Shown piece after piece: positions 37,352-54,046 of a DNA stretch of 64,000 nt (its first letter is position 1; every line of letters starts with the position of its first letter). Location: positions 3,541,408 to 3,605,407 of the forward strand of contig OZ253555.1 of NCBI GenBank assembly GCA_965262725.1. Direction: 5' to 3'. A program made the translations under genes and the position numbers. Under the pieces are notes generated by a model. It saw nothing but the letters and a program-made list of their open reading frames with translations. It searched no databases and was not told the origin of the DNA. Source of the DNA: Dehalococcoidia bacterium. Lineage in GTDB: Bacteria; Chloroflexota; Dehalococcoidia; UBA2979.

Positions 37352-38287
37352 CTACGTGCCGCCGTTCGTGCCGGGCGCACCGGCAAGCGCGAGGAAGACG
37401 TCCTCGAGCGAGGGCGCCGAGACGGAGAGCTCCCGCAGCTCGACCCCCTCCCCCACCGCCCAGCCCGTGAGCACGTGGAGCGCGCTGGTTGCCTCGCGCG
37501 TGGTGATCACGTAGCCGCCGTTGCTCCCCGCCGGCTCCGCCGACAGATGATCGGGAGGGCGAGCGCCCTCCACGCGGAAGCGGATCGTCGTGTGCGCCTC
37601 CCGGCGCACGAGGTCGTCCACCGACCCCTCCGCGACGATCCTCCCGTCCACCAGGATCGCGACGCGGTCGGCCAGGTACTCCGCCTCCTCCATGTAGTGG
37701 GTCGTGAGGACGACCGTCTTGCCGAGGGACCGGAGGCCCCGCACCATCTCCCACGCCTCCCGGCGGGCGGAGGGGTCGAAGCCGGTCGTCGGCTCGTCGA
37801 GAAAGAGCAGCTCGGGATTCCCGGCGAGTCCCACGGCGACGTCGAGCCTGCGCTGCTGGCCCCCGGAGAGGCGGCGGACGAGCGTGCGGCGCTGCTCCGT
37901 GAGCCCGATCAGATCGAGGATCGCCTCCCGCGGAAGCGGATCCGGGTAGTAGCCGCGGAAGAGCTCGACCGTCTCCTCCACCGAGAGGTAGGGATCGACG
38001 CTCGCCGACTGCAGCACAATGCCGATCCGCTCCCGGAAGGAGCGCTCGTGCCGCCCGGGATCGTGGCCCAGGACCGACACCTCCCCGCCCGTCCTCGCGA
38101 GGTGCCCCTCGAGGATCTCGACCGTCGTGGTCTTGCCGGCGCCGTTGGGGCCGAGAATGGCGAAGATCTCGCCGCGTGAGACGGTGACGTCGATGCCGCG
38201 GACTGCCTCCACGTCGCCGTAGGACTTGCGCAGCCCGCGCACCCGGATGGCCGGCTCCGCGCGCCCCCCCGTCCCCGCAGCCTCCAT
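37352..38287 (-). CDS. ABC transporter ATP-binding protein (DrrA-like)
   Basis: ORF 37352..38287. GPNGAGKTTT, LSGGQQRRLDVA, LLFLDEPTTG. Confidence 0.9.
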   Translation of the reverse strand: MEAAGTGGRAEPAIRVRGLRKSYGDVEAVRGIDVTVSRGEIFAILGPNGAGKTTTVEILEGHLARTGGEVSVLGHDPGRHERSFRERIGIVLQSASVDPYLSVEETVELFRGYYPDPLPREAILDLIGLTEQRRTLVRRLSGGQQRRLDVAVGLAGNPELLFLDEPTTGFDPSARREAWEMVRGLRSLGKTVVLTTHYMEEAEYLADRVAILVDGRIVAEGSVDDLVRREAHTTIRFRVEGARPPDHLSAEPAGSNGGYVITTREATSALHVLTGWAVGEGVELRELSVSAPSLEDVFLALAGAPGTNGGT

Positions 38288-38368
38288 GGAGTCACCGTAG
38301 CCGACCGCACCGGCACGTGAAAGAGCGTGAGCGCATCCCCTGCGCTATCGCGCCCGCGGTCTGAGCAC

Positions 38369-38399
38369 AGGAGAGCCCCGGCTCTGCCGGGGCTCTCCT
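38369..38399 (-). terminator. Perfect 13-bp hairpin downstream of rpoC (no U tract)
   Basis: AGGAGAGCCCCGG-CTCTG-CCGGGGCTCTCCT, 50 nt after the rpoC stop. Confidence 0.55.
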
Positions 38400-38449
38400 C
38401 GCCGCACCGTCTGCTGGGCCGGCCGCTCGGCTCCCGCCTCGCGGCCTGT

Positions 38450-46587
<8,138 letters not shown>

Positions 46588-47055
46588 GAGTGACCCCTCT
46601 CCTCGACATGCGGCCGCAGGATGCGGACCAACCGCGACACCGGCCGACCCGTGCTCACGAGGCGCGGTTGGGCGTCGGCGCTCGCGGCGATTTCAGATCG
46701 CGGGTTTGCCTCTCAGGGGAGCGCGCGCAGCAGGGATCCTCGCGGGCATACGTGACCGCCGGCGCGCCGCACAGCGAACCGACGCCACCGCGCGCGGGAG
46801 CGCGGTGGTGTACCAACGTGAAACAGCAAGCTTAGTAGCGGCGTACAAGGCCCGGGAAGTGTAGTGGCCGGGGGGCGGAAACTCAACCCCGCGAATCCTG
46901 CCGGCGCCTGGCAACACGCGGCGCCGGAGGGCCGCCGGGTTGCGCGATCACTCGCGCTGCCCGGCCCGGCGGCTGTCGCCGTCGGGCCGCGGCGCCATGC
47001 TACCGTGAGCCGCGGAGGATGGGCGCCAGACGGCGTATCCCACAGGGAGGTGGCG

Positions 47056-47538
47056 GTGGCTGGATTCGCGAGCGCCGAGGTCGAGGCAGCGTGGAACAGC
47101 GTGGCGCAACGGCTCGACGGCCTCGTCGCCCTGGTGGCCGGCCGTGATGCCGCCGAGCTGAACTGGCGGCCGCCAGCGCCCGACGCGAACAGCCTCTACG
47201 TTCTCGCCACGCACACCATCGCCAACGCGCGTCAGGGACTTCTCGTCGTCCTCTGCGGCCATGCCGACGACCGCGATCGCGACGCAGAGTTCCGCGCCGG
47301 CGGCGACTCCGGCGAACCGCTGGAGCATCGCTGGCACGAGCTCCGCGCCGAGATGCTCGACTGCCTCGCCGCGCTTCCCCCCGCGCGCCTGGACGAGACG
47401 CTCGTCCATCCGCGCCAGGGCGAGCTCACCGGCCGCGAGACGCTCCTCCTCGTCGCGACACACGCGGCCGAACATCTCGGCCAGGCGGAGCTGACCCGCG
47501 ACCTCCTCGCCGCGAGCCCGGGCGGCACGGCCGCCTAG
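47056..47538 (+). CDS. DinB-family protein (four-helix bundle)
   Basis: Lower part of ORF 46864..47538. GTG 47056 lies 5 nt after GGGAGG. LYVLATHTIANARQ ... LLLVATHAAEHLGQAEL His motifs. Confidence 0.7.
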   Translation: MAGFASAEVEAAWNSVAQRLDGLVALVAGRDAAELNWRPPAPDANSLYVLATHTIANARQGLLVVLCGHADDRDRDAEFRAGGDSGEPLEHRWHELRAEMLDCLAALPPARLDETLVHPRQGELTGRETLLLVATHAAEHLGQAELTRDLLAASPGGTAA

Positions 47539-48725
47539 GGGGCGAGCGACCCCGGCATAGGCGACGCGCCCGCCAGGGGGCGCCGCGACGCCGCTTCCCA
47601 GATCGCCCACGCCTCCTTCGGCGTATCCTCGGCGTTGCGCAGCCCGGTGCTCGCCAGCAGGTCGGCCGGCGGTGCGACCTCGTAGCGTGGGTCGCGGCCG
47701 AGGTACCAGACCACGAGCTCGACTCCGAGTGCGTCCGCATCCTCGAGCAGCCGCGCCAGGAAGCGCCGCTGCTCCGGCTCCGTCGACGAGTTCACCCCGT
47801 CCCGCCCCGGTGTCGACGCGAACCCGACCGAGAGGAAGGCGATCGGAGCCTGGATGCGATCCGCGATCTGGGAGTAGTAGTCCGGCGGCACCTTGCGGGC
47901 CACCGCGTACGCGAACGAGGGGAAGCTCGACAGCGCGAGAAGATCGAGACGATCCCGATAATCCTCCAGCAGCTCCCAGCGCGGCACGTGCGGGGGGAGC
48001 CACGGGACGACCCCCAGGAGCTCCTCGTACTGGAAAGTGACGAAGACCTGCGTCTCCGGGCTCACCTCCTTCACGGCGAGATAGGCTTCGCGATAGGCCG
48101 CCGTGAACTGACGATACGCCGTCGGGTCGCGCTCGAATGTGGAATTGATCTCGCTGGCGAGCGAGAGGTACGCCGGGCGCTCGTTGGACGCCACGTAGCG
48201 CGCCTCCTCGACGAAGGCTCGCCGCAACGCCGGATCGGAGAGATCGCGCCCCTCGTAGCCCGCTGGCAGAGCGGCGAGCCGGCCGCGATCCGCGGGATCG
48301 AACGGATCGAGCGCCACGACGAGCGCGAGCCCGCGCGACGACGCCGCCTCGCGCTCCGAGACGGTGCGCGCGGCCAGGTCGTCGACCTCATCGGACCCGG
48401 GCAAGAACGCCGCCCAGCGGGGGGCGCGCGGCACGACGATCACCTCGCCGTACATCGCGGCGAAATCGAAGGCCGCCCGGTAGGACTCGTCGGTCAGCTC
48501 CGCCGGCGTCGCGGTGAACCCGAGCAGGTAGGAGCGCGGCGGTCCCTCCCGGGGCCGAGGCGGCAGCGCCGCGGGCGATTCGGTCGGAGGCGGCGCAACG
48601 GGCGGGTCGGGCGAACCGCCGCAGCCGGCGACCAGCAGGAGGAGCGCCAGAAGCCCGGCCGACCATCGTGCCCACGAAACCGGCGGAACGGGAGAGAGAA
48701 CGCCGCGGGCCCGCCGCCAGCTCAC
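47535..48725 (-). CDS. Putative lipoprotein, hypothetical (possibly glycoside-hydrolase-like barrel)
   Basis: Lower part of ORF 47535..49097. GTG 48723-48725. Lipobox LLALLLLVAGCGG. No family recognised with confidence. Confidence 0.6.
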   Translation of the reverse strand: MSWRRARGVLSPVPPVSWARWSAGLLALLLLVAGCGGSPDPPVAPPPTESPAALPPRPREGPPRSYLLGFTATPAELTDESYRAAFDFAAMYGEVIVVPRAPRWAAFLPGSDEVDDLAARTVSEREAASSRGLALVVALDPFDPADRGRLAALPAGYEGRDLSDPALRRAFVEEARYVASNERPAYLSLASEINSTFERDPTAYRQFTAAYREAYLAVKEVSPETQVFVTFQYEELLGVVPWLPPHVPRWELLEDYRDRLDLLALSSFPSFAYAVARKVPPDYYSQIADRIQAPIAFLSVGFASTPGRDGVNSSTEPEQRRFLARLLEDADALGVELVVWYLGRDPRYEVAPPADLLASTGLRNAEDTPKEAWAIWEAASRRPLAGASPMPGSLAP

Positions 48726-48815
48726 GGCGTGATTCTCGCCGCCGCCGCCGTCGGCAGCAATGCCGCCTGTTTTCGAGCCACCCGGGCGGGACCGAGCGCC
48801 GTGTAGACTGGCGAT

Positions 48816-49265
48816 GTGGATCACCGCTTCGAAGTCGACCTCTCCGGGCTCAAGCGATCGCTTAGCACGACCGACCACGTCCTGATGCGATTCCAGCCCT
48901 TCCCGCAGCGTCTCTTCATCGACTTCCGCAGCAGCGCCGAGCGCGGACCCGGCGCCTGCGTGCTGCCGCAGGCGAGTACCCTCGCCGAGCGGCTCGCCTC
49001 CGTCGAGAGAGCGCGGCCCGGGCTCCCGCCGCTGAAGCAGCTTCGCGTCTTCGTCTGGCCCCTGCGCGTCCGCTCGCTCGACCGGCTCGGGCTGCACGAC
49101 GTCGTGCGCGCGCGCTTCGCCGCGCTCGACGCCCTCGAGGCGATCCCCGAGCTCAACGAGGCGCAGGAGGAGTTGCTGAGTCTTGAGCGCGAGGAGCTGC
49201 GCCGGGCCATCACCGGTGATGGGTACCGCACGCTCTGGACCCGCGCGGACCAGCGCTCATCGTGA
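48816..49265 (+). CDS. Hypothetical protein, 149 aa
   Basis: ORF 48816..49265. GTG start. Protein-like composition. Divergent from the lipoprotein gene. Confidence 0.5.
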   Translation: MDHRFEVDLSGLKRSLSTTDHVLMRFQPFPQRLFIDFRSSAERGPGACVLPQASTLAERLASVERARPGLPPLKQLRVFVWPLRVRSLDRLGLHDVVRARFAALDALEAIPELNEAQEELLSLEREELRRAITGDGYRTLWTRADQRSS

Positions 49266-49308
49266 GCTGGGCGCCTCCCGCCCCGCGCGGGTGAGCGAAC
49301 CGTCCTAG

Positions 49309-49671
49309 ATGGAGCGCTCCCGCTTCCGGCGGCTCGTGACGCGCGCGCTACGGTCGCTCCCCGTCGACATCAGAGACCGGCTGGACAACCTTGAGATTGT
49401 GATCCGCCGCGAACCCTCCAGCGGGGAGCTCCGCGAGGCGGGGCTCCCGCAGGGCGAGGGTCTCTTCGGCCTCTACGTCGGGACTCCGCACACCGAGCGC
49501 GGCGAGTACCAGCTCGCCCTCCCCGACCGCATCGTCATCTACCAGGGCCCGCTCGAGCGGGCCATCCACCCGCGTGACATCCCGCGGGAAGTGGCCGCCA
49601 CGGTGATCCACGAGATCGGTCACCACTTCGGCATCGACGACGACCGCCTCGAGGAACTGGGCATCGGCTAG
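49309..49671 (+). CDS. Zincin-like metallopeptidase family protein (DUF1025-like)
   Basis: ORF 49309..49671. HEIGHHFG zinc motif near the C-terminus. Confidence 0.75.
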   Translation: MERSRFRRLVTRALRSLPVDIRDRLDNLEIVIRREPSSGELREAGLPQGEGLFGLYVGTPHTERGEYQLALPDRIVIYQGPLERAIHPRDIPREVAATVIHEIGHHFGIDDDRLEELGIG

Positions 49672-50855
49672 ACACCCCCGGCGTCCGCGGTGCCGCCATC
49701 TCTCGCGAGGAATCGCGTGACGAGTCGCTCGGCGGCGCGCATCACGAGCTCGTGCGCGCGGCGCATCGCCTCCTCGCGCGGGCGGCCCGCGCCGGCTTCC
49801 TCGTAGTCGACCAGGCCCGGCGGACGCGCCGCCAGCTCGCCGCACACCGCGAGGCACGGCCGACCGGCCGCGGCGGCCACCCCGGCGGCGTAGTGCGTCG
49901 CCTTGCCGAAGGCGCTCTGCTCGTCGAGCCGACCCTCTCCCGTGATCACCAGATCCGAGCGGCGCGCGGCCGCCGCGAGTCCGACCGCCTCGCCCACCAG
50001 CGCCGCGCCACCCTCGAGCTTCGCCTCCGCCCCGGCCGCGGCGGCCGCGGCCAGAAGACCAACCGGAAGCCCACCGCCGGCTCCAGCACCCGCGACATCC
50101 GCCACATCGACGCCCACGTCCTCCAGGCAGCGAGCCGCCCAGCGCGCGAGCCCGGCCTCGAGCCTGCGGGCCAGGACGGCGTCGACGCCCTTCTGCGGGC
50201 CGTAAACGGCCGTCGCCCCCTCCGGTCCGAGCAGCGGGTTGGAGACGTCGACGGCGATGTGCAGCGACGCGCCGCGGAGCGCCTCGCGCGATGGGCCGCT
50301 GCGCGCGCGCTCGATCCGCCCCAGGTCGACAAGCGCCCCTCCCCCCTCGGCGAGCGGAGCACCACGGGCGTCGATGAGCGCGAGGCCGAGCGCGCGAGCG
50401 GCGCCGGCGCCGCCGTCGTTGGTAGCCGTGCCGCCGACGCCGACGACTATCTCGCGCGCGCCGTGGGCGAGGGCGCGGGTGATCAGCTCGCCGACGCCGC
50501 GCGTCGTGGCGCGCGCCGCGTCCCTCCTCCCCGCCGACAGCCGGGCGATCCCGCACGCCTCCGCCGACTCGACGATCGCGACCGGCGCGCCGGAGGCGCG
50601 AGCGAGCACCGCGAGGCGCGCCGCGACCGGCTCACCGAGCGGCCCGCTCACGCGCACGCGGCTCAGCGCCGCCGGCTCCGCCGCGGCGAGCACATCGAGC
50701 GTGCCCGGTCCGCCGTCGGCCAACGGCCGCTCGACCACGCGGCCCTCCACGCCCGCCCGGACGAGCGCGCGCCGCGCGCCGCGCGCGATCGACGCCGTCG
50801 CCTGCTCAGCCGTCAAAGAGCCCTTGAACTCCTGCGGGCAGACGAGCACCCGCAC
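49668..50855 (-). CDS. glxK: Glycerate kinase
   Basis: ORF 49668..50855. MRVLVCPQEFKGSLTA, GGGTATNDGGAG, ITGEGRLDEQS. Confidence 0.9.
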   Translation of the reverse strand: MRVLVCPQEFKGSLTAEQATASIARGARRALVRAGVEGRVVERPLADGGPGTLDVLAAAEPAALSRVRVSGPLGEPVAARLAVLARASGAPVAIVESAEACGIARLSAGRRDAARATTRGVGELITRALAHGAREIVVGVGGTATNDGGAGAARALGLALIDARGAPLAEGGGALVDLGRIERARSGPSREALRGASLHIAVDVSNPLLGPEGATAVYGPQKGVDAVLARRLEAGLARWAARCLEDVGVDVADVAGAGAGGGLPVGLLAAAAAAGAEAKLEGGAALVGEAVGLAAAARRSDLVITGEGRLDEQSAFGKATHYAAGVAAAAGRPCLAVCGELAARPPGLVDYEEAGAGRPREEAMRRAHELVMRAAERLVTRFLARDGGTADAGGV

Positions 50856-50865
50856 CGGCGGTCCC

Positions 50866-51045
50866 TCAGGTCCCCCAGCCGAAGGCGACGCGCAGCAGCG
50901 CCGAGATCACGATCGCCGCGACATAGGCGTAGGCGACGACGCGGGCGCGCTGCCCCAGCTGCCGCATCTGGGTCGGGCGGAGGATCATCATCGCCACCAG
51001 CACGAGCCCGCTCGCGACCAGCAGCAGCCGGAGGAGGCTTCCCAT
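50866..51045 (-). CDS. Small membrane protein, 59 aa (hypothetical)
   Basis: Lower part of ORF 50866..51327, from ATG 51043-51045. MGSLLRLLLVASGLVLVAMMIL...AYAYVAAIVISALLRVAF gives two helices. Confidence 0.4.
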   Translation of the reverse strand: MGSLLRLLLVASGLVLVAMMILRPTQMRQLGQRARVVAYAYVAAIVISALLRVAFGWGT

Positions 51046-51071
51046 CTCGCGATCGTAGTCCGACCGCGCGC

Positions 51072-51100
51072 TTGACGCGCGGGACGGCCCCTGCGACGAT
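51072..51100 (+). promoter_or_regulatory. Candidate promoter, TTGACG - 17 nt - GACGAT
   Basis: Lies upstream of ATG 51154 (SD GAGGA). The -10 element is weak. Confidence 0.3.
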
Positions 51101-51153
51101 GGCGAAGAACAGAACGCCTGTTCGTATCTGTTGATGCCAACCGAGGATCCGCG

Positions 51154-51381
51154 ATGAGTGAGGCGACGTCCCCGAACCGCCCGAGAGCGCGAGGCGCGCC
51201 GCCTCCCCGCCCCGCCGCCTCCGGGCGGCGGCTCCGCCGGTTCGAGGTCCGCGGACCGCACTGTCCGCTCTGCGGCGGCCCCCTCGTCTCCGGCGAGGGC
51301 GCGCGGCTCTGCGCGATCTGCGGCCACCTGGAGTCGGGGGCCGCCTCCTACGCCGAACCCCGGGACCGGCCCGCGGCATAG
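51154..51381 (+). CDS. Small zinc-ribbon protein, 75 aa (hypothetical)
   Basis: ORF 51154..51381. About 89 percent third-position GC counted by hand. CPLCGG...CAICGH. SD GAGGA 6 nt upstream. Confidence 0.5.
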   Translation: MSEATSPNRPRARGAPPPRPAASGRRLRRFEVRGPHCPLCGGPLVSGEGARLCAICGHLESGAASYAEPRDRPAA

Positions 51382-51421
51382 GGGTAGATCGCAGGCGGCT
51401 CAGCGCGCGCCCGTTCCTTCG

Positions 51422-52180
51422 CTACGGCGTGTCCGCCGCAGGCGGCGCGACACCCAGAAGCGGGGGCAGCTCGGCGAGGGAGCGCAGCTCCGCATCGGGC
51501 TCGTCGCGGCCCGAGCCGTCGTGCCAGCCGCCCGGCCGGCGCAGCCAGAGCGCGGCGAGCCCTGCGGCGTGCGCGCCGGTCACGTCGTGGGCCGGGTTGT
51601 CGCCGACGTAGGCCGCCGGGCGACCGCTGGCGTCGAGCCTCGTGAGCGCGTACCAGAAGATCGCGGGGTCGGGCTTGCGGAGGCCCACCTCCTCGGAGAT
51701 CACGACCACCGGGAAGAACCGCTCGAGGCCGAAGCGCTCGATCTTCGGGCGCTGGTCGGCGGACAGGCCGTTCGAGACGAGACCGAGACGACGGCGCCCC
51801 CTGAGAAGGTCCAGCAGCGGGATCGCATCGGAAAACGGCCGCAGGTGGCGCGGCCAGCACTCCCGGTAGCGCGACCAGGCGGCGTCGGCCTCAGCCTCCG
51901 TGCCCCCGCGCTCGCCGAGCAGGCGGCGGAACGCCAGGCGGCTCCACTCGTGGCGCCACTCGGCATCGCCCGCCCGGCTCTGCTCCTCCGCCGTGTAGCG
52001 GCGCAAGCGCTCGTGCAGCTCCGCGACCGAGGTCGCGGAGCTGAACTCCGGGTGGCGAGCGGCGAGAGGCTCCACGGCCTCCGTGAAGCCGTCCCTCCAC
52101 GCGCTGCGCGTATCGACGAGGGTGTCGTCGAGGTCGACGAGCAGCGTCTCGACGGCTAAGAGCGCGGGTCGTGAACTCAC
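51422..52180 (-). CDS. HAD-superfamily hydrolase
   Basis: Lower part of ORF 51422..52312, from GTG 52178-52180. DLDDTLVD motif I, LVSNG motif II, YVGDNPAHDV motif IV. Confidence 0.8.
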   Translation of the reverse strand: MSSRPALLAVETLLVDLDDTLVDTRSAWRDGFTEAVEPLAARHPEFSSATSVAELHERLRRYTAEEQSRAGDAEWRHEWSRLAFRRLLGERGGTEAEADAAWSRYRECWPRHLRPFSDAIPLLDLLRGRRRLGLVSNGLSADQRPKIERFGLERFFPVVVISEEVGLRKPDPAIFWYALTRLDASGRPAAYVGDNPAHDVTGAHAAGLAALWLRRPGGWHDGSGRDEPDAELRSLAELPPLLGVAPPAADTP

Positions 52181-52199
52181 GGGCCCCTGACGGGGAGCG

Positions 52200-52553
52200 C
52201 TAGCGCTCCCCGTCGTCCCCGTCGCCCTCGTCGTCCCCGTCGCCCTCGTCGTCCTCGTCCTCTTCGTCCTCTTCGTCGCCGTCGTCGGAGAAGACTCCGA
52301 CCTGCTCGCCACGCCAGACCGTGACGATCAGGTCCTCCCGATACGGATCGGCGGTGGAGACGATGCGCTCGTCGATCGCCGCGATCAGCTCCTGCAACCC
52401 ATCGTCATCGACCGCGCTGTGGACCGACAGCGTCGCGTAGGTCGCCGACGAGGTGAAGTGGACGTCCACCCGCCCCAGGGAATGCTCCACATCCTCGATC
52501 ACCCACGACTCAGAGTGCGGCGTCCTGGCCTCACGCTCGAAGCGAAACTCCAT
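52200..52553 (-). CDS. Small acidic protein with a D/E/G-rich repetitive tail (hypothetical)
   Basis: Lower part of ORF 52200..52589, from ATG 52551-52553 (MEFRFEREARTPHSESWVIEDV). Tail DDGDEEDEEDEDDEGDGDDEGDGDDGER. Confidence 0.55.
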   Translation of the reverse strand: MEFRFEREARTPHSESWVIEDVEHSLGRVDVHFTSSATYATLSVHSAVDDDGLQELIAAIDERIVSTADPYREDLIVTVWRGEQVGVFSDDGDEEDEEDEDDEGDGDDEGDGDDGER

Positions 52554-52636
52554 GCTCACGCGCCTTCCGTTTCGGGCGCCGCCCATCACCGGCCGGCGCG
52601 ATCCCTCGCCTCACACGTCGACCAGCGAACCCTGGG

Positions 52637-53914
52637 CTACGGCCTGATCTGGCCGTGACCCAGGATCACCCACTTATAGGATGTGAGCTCGCGCAGCCCC
52701 ATCGGCCCGCGCGCGTGCAGCTTCTGCGTAGAGATGCCGAACTCTGTACCGAGCCCGTACTCGCCGCCATCGGCGAAGCCCGTCGACACGTTCACGAACA
52801 CCGACGCGGCGTCGACCTCCCGCTGGAAGCGCTGCGCCGCCGTATAGGAATCGGTCGCGATCGCCTCCGAGTGCCCGCTCCCGTGTTCGGCGATGTGATC
52901 GAGCGCCACGTCAAGCGAGTCGACGACGCGCACGGAGCAGTCGAGCGAGAGCCACTCGCGGTCGTAGTCGCCCGGCTCGACCGCCACGACGGGCGCGCCG
53001 CCCTCGACGCGGGCGAGGCGTCCGGCCTCGCCGTCGGCGTGCATCGTCACGCCGTGCGCCGCGAACTCGCGGGAGAGCCGCGGCACCACCTCACCTGCGA
53101 CGCCTCGGTGCACGAGCACGGTATCGAGCGTGTTGCAGACGGAGGGGCGCCTGACCTTCGCGTTGACGGCGATCGCGACCGCCACGTCGAGATCGGCATC
53201 GACGTCCACGAAGGTATGGCAGACGCCGATACCCCCCGCGACCACGGGCATCGTGGCCTCGTCGCGGACGCGGCGGATGAGGTCCGCGCCCCCGCGCGGG
53301 ACGAGCAGGTCGATCTGGTCGTCGGCGGTGAGCAGCGCCCCCACCTCGGCGCGCTCTGTCGAGTCGATGAACTGCACGCACCCCGCCCCAAGCCCCGCCG
53401 CTTCCGCGGCGTCCTGCACGACGCCGGCCAGCGCGCGCGAGCTCGCGTGCGCATCGCTTCCGGAGCGCAGCACGACCGCGTTGCCGGACTTCAGGCAGAG
53501 CGCCGCGATATCCACCGTGACGTTCGGACGCGACTCGTAAACGGCGCCGATCACGCCGAGCGGCACCCGCACCCTCCCCACCTGCATCCCGTTGGGGCGG
53601 ATGCGCACGTCCTCCATCTGGCCCACCGGATCGGGGAGGGCCGCCACCTCGCGAGTCGTCGCCGCGATCGCGGCGATGCCCTGCGGCGTGAGCGCCATGC
53701 GATCGATGAAGGAGGCATCGCGACCGCGCGACCGCGCGCGCTCCACCTCCGCGGCGTTCACCTCAAGCAGCTCCGCCTGCCGGGCCATGAGCCCGCGCGC
53801 GGTGCCCTCGAGGGCGGCATCCTTCTGCGCCGTGGTGGCGAAGCGGAGCGTCCGGCTCGCCTCGCGGGCCGCCCTCGCCTTCGTCACCGCCTCGGTCGGT
53901 GTCGCAACCGTCAT
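52637..53914 (-). CDS. proA: Gamma-glutamyl phosphate reductase
   Basis: ORF 52637..53914. VIGAVYESRPNVT, CNTLDTVLVH. Confidence 0.95.
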   Translation of the reverse strand: MTVATPTEAVTKARAAREASRTLRFATTAQKDAALEGTARGLMARQAELLEVNAAEVERARSRGRDASFIDRMALTPQGIAAIAATTREVAALPDPVGQMEDVRIRPNGMQVGRVRVPLGVIGAVYESRPNVTVDIAALCLKSGNAVVLRSGSDAHASSRALAGVVQDAAEAAGLGAGCVQFIDSTERAEVGALLTADDQIDLLVPRGGADLIRRVRDEATMPVVAGGIGVCHTFVDVDADLDVAVAIAVNAKVRRPSVCNTLDTVLVHRGVAGEVVPRLSREFAAHGVTMHADGEAGRLARVEGGAPVVAVEPGDYDREWLSLDCSVRVVDSLDVALDHIAEHGSGHSEAIATDSYTAAQRFQREVDAASVFVNVSTGFADGGEYGLGTEFGISTQKLHARGPMGLRELTSYKWVILGHGQIRP

Positions 53915-54046
53915 CGAACCCCCGCGTCCATCCTAACGCAGCGCCTGCGGGCGGCACACGGCGCACCGCAGGCGGCCCCGCCGCTACCGAACCCGCATCG
54001 CCGGCCCCCCGGGGCGGCGGCCGCGACCGCGCCACACGGGGCGGTC

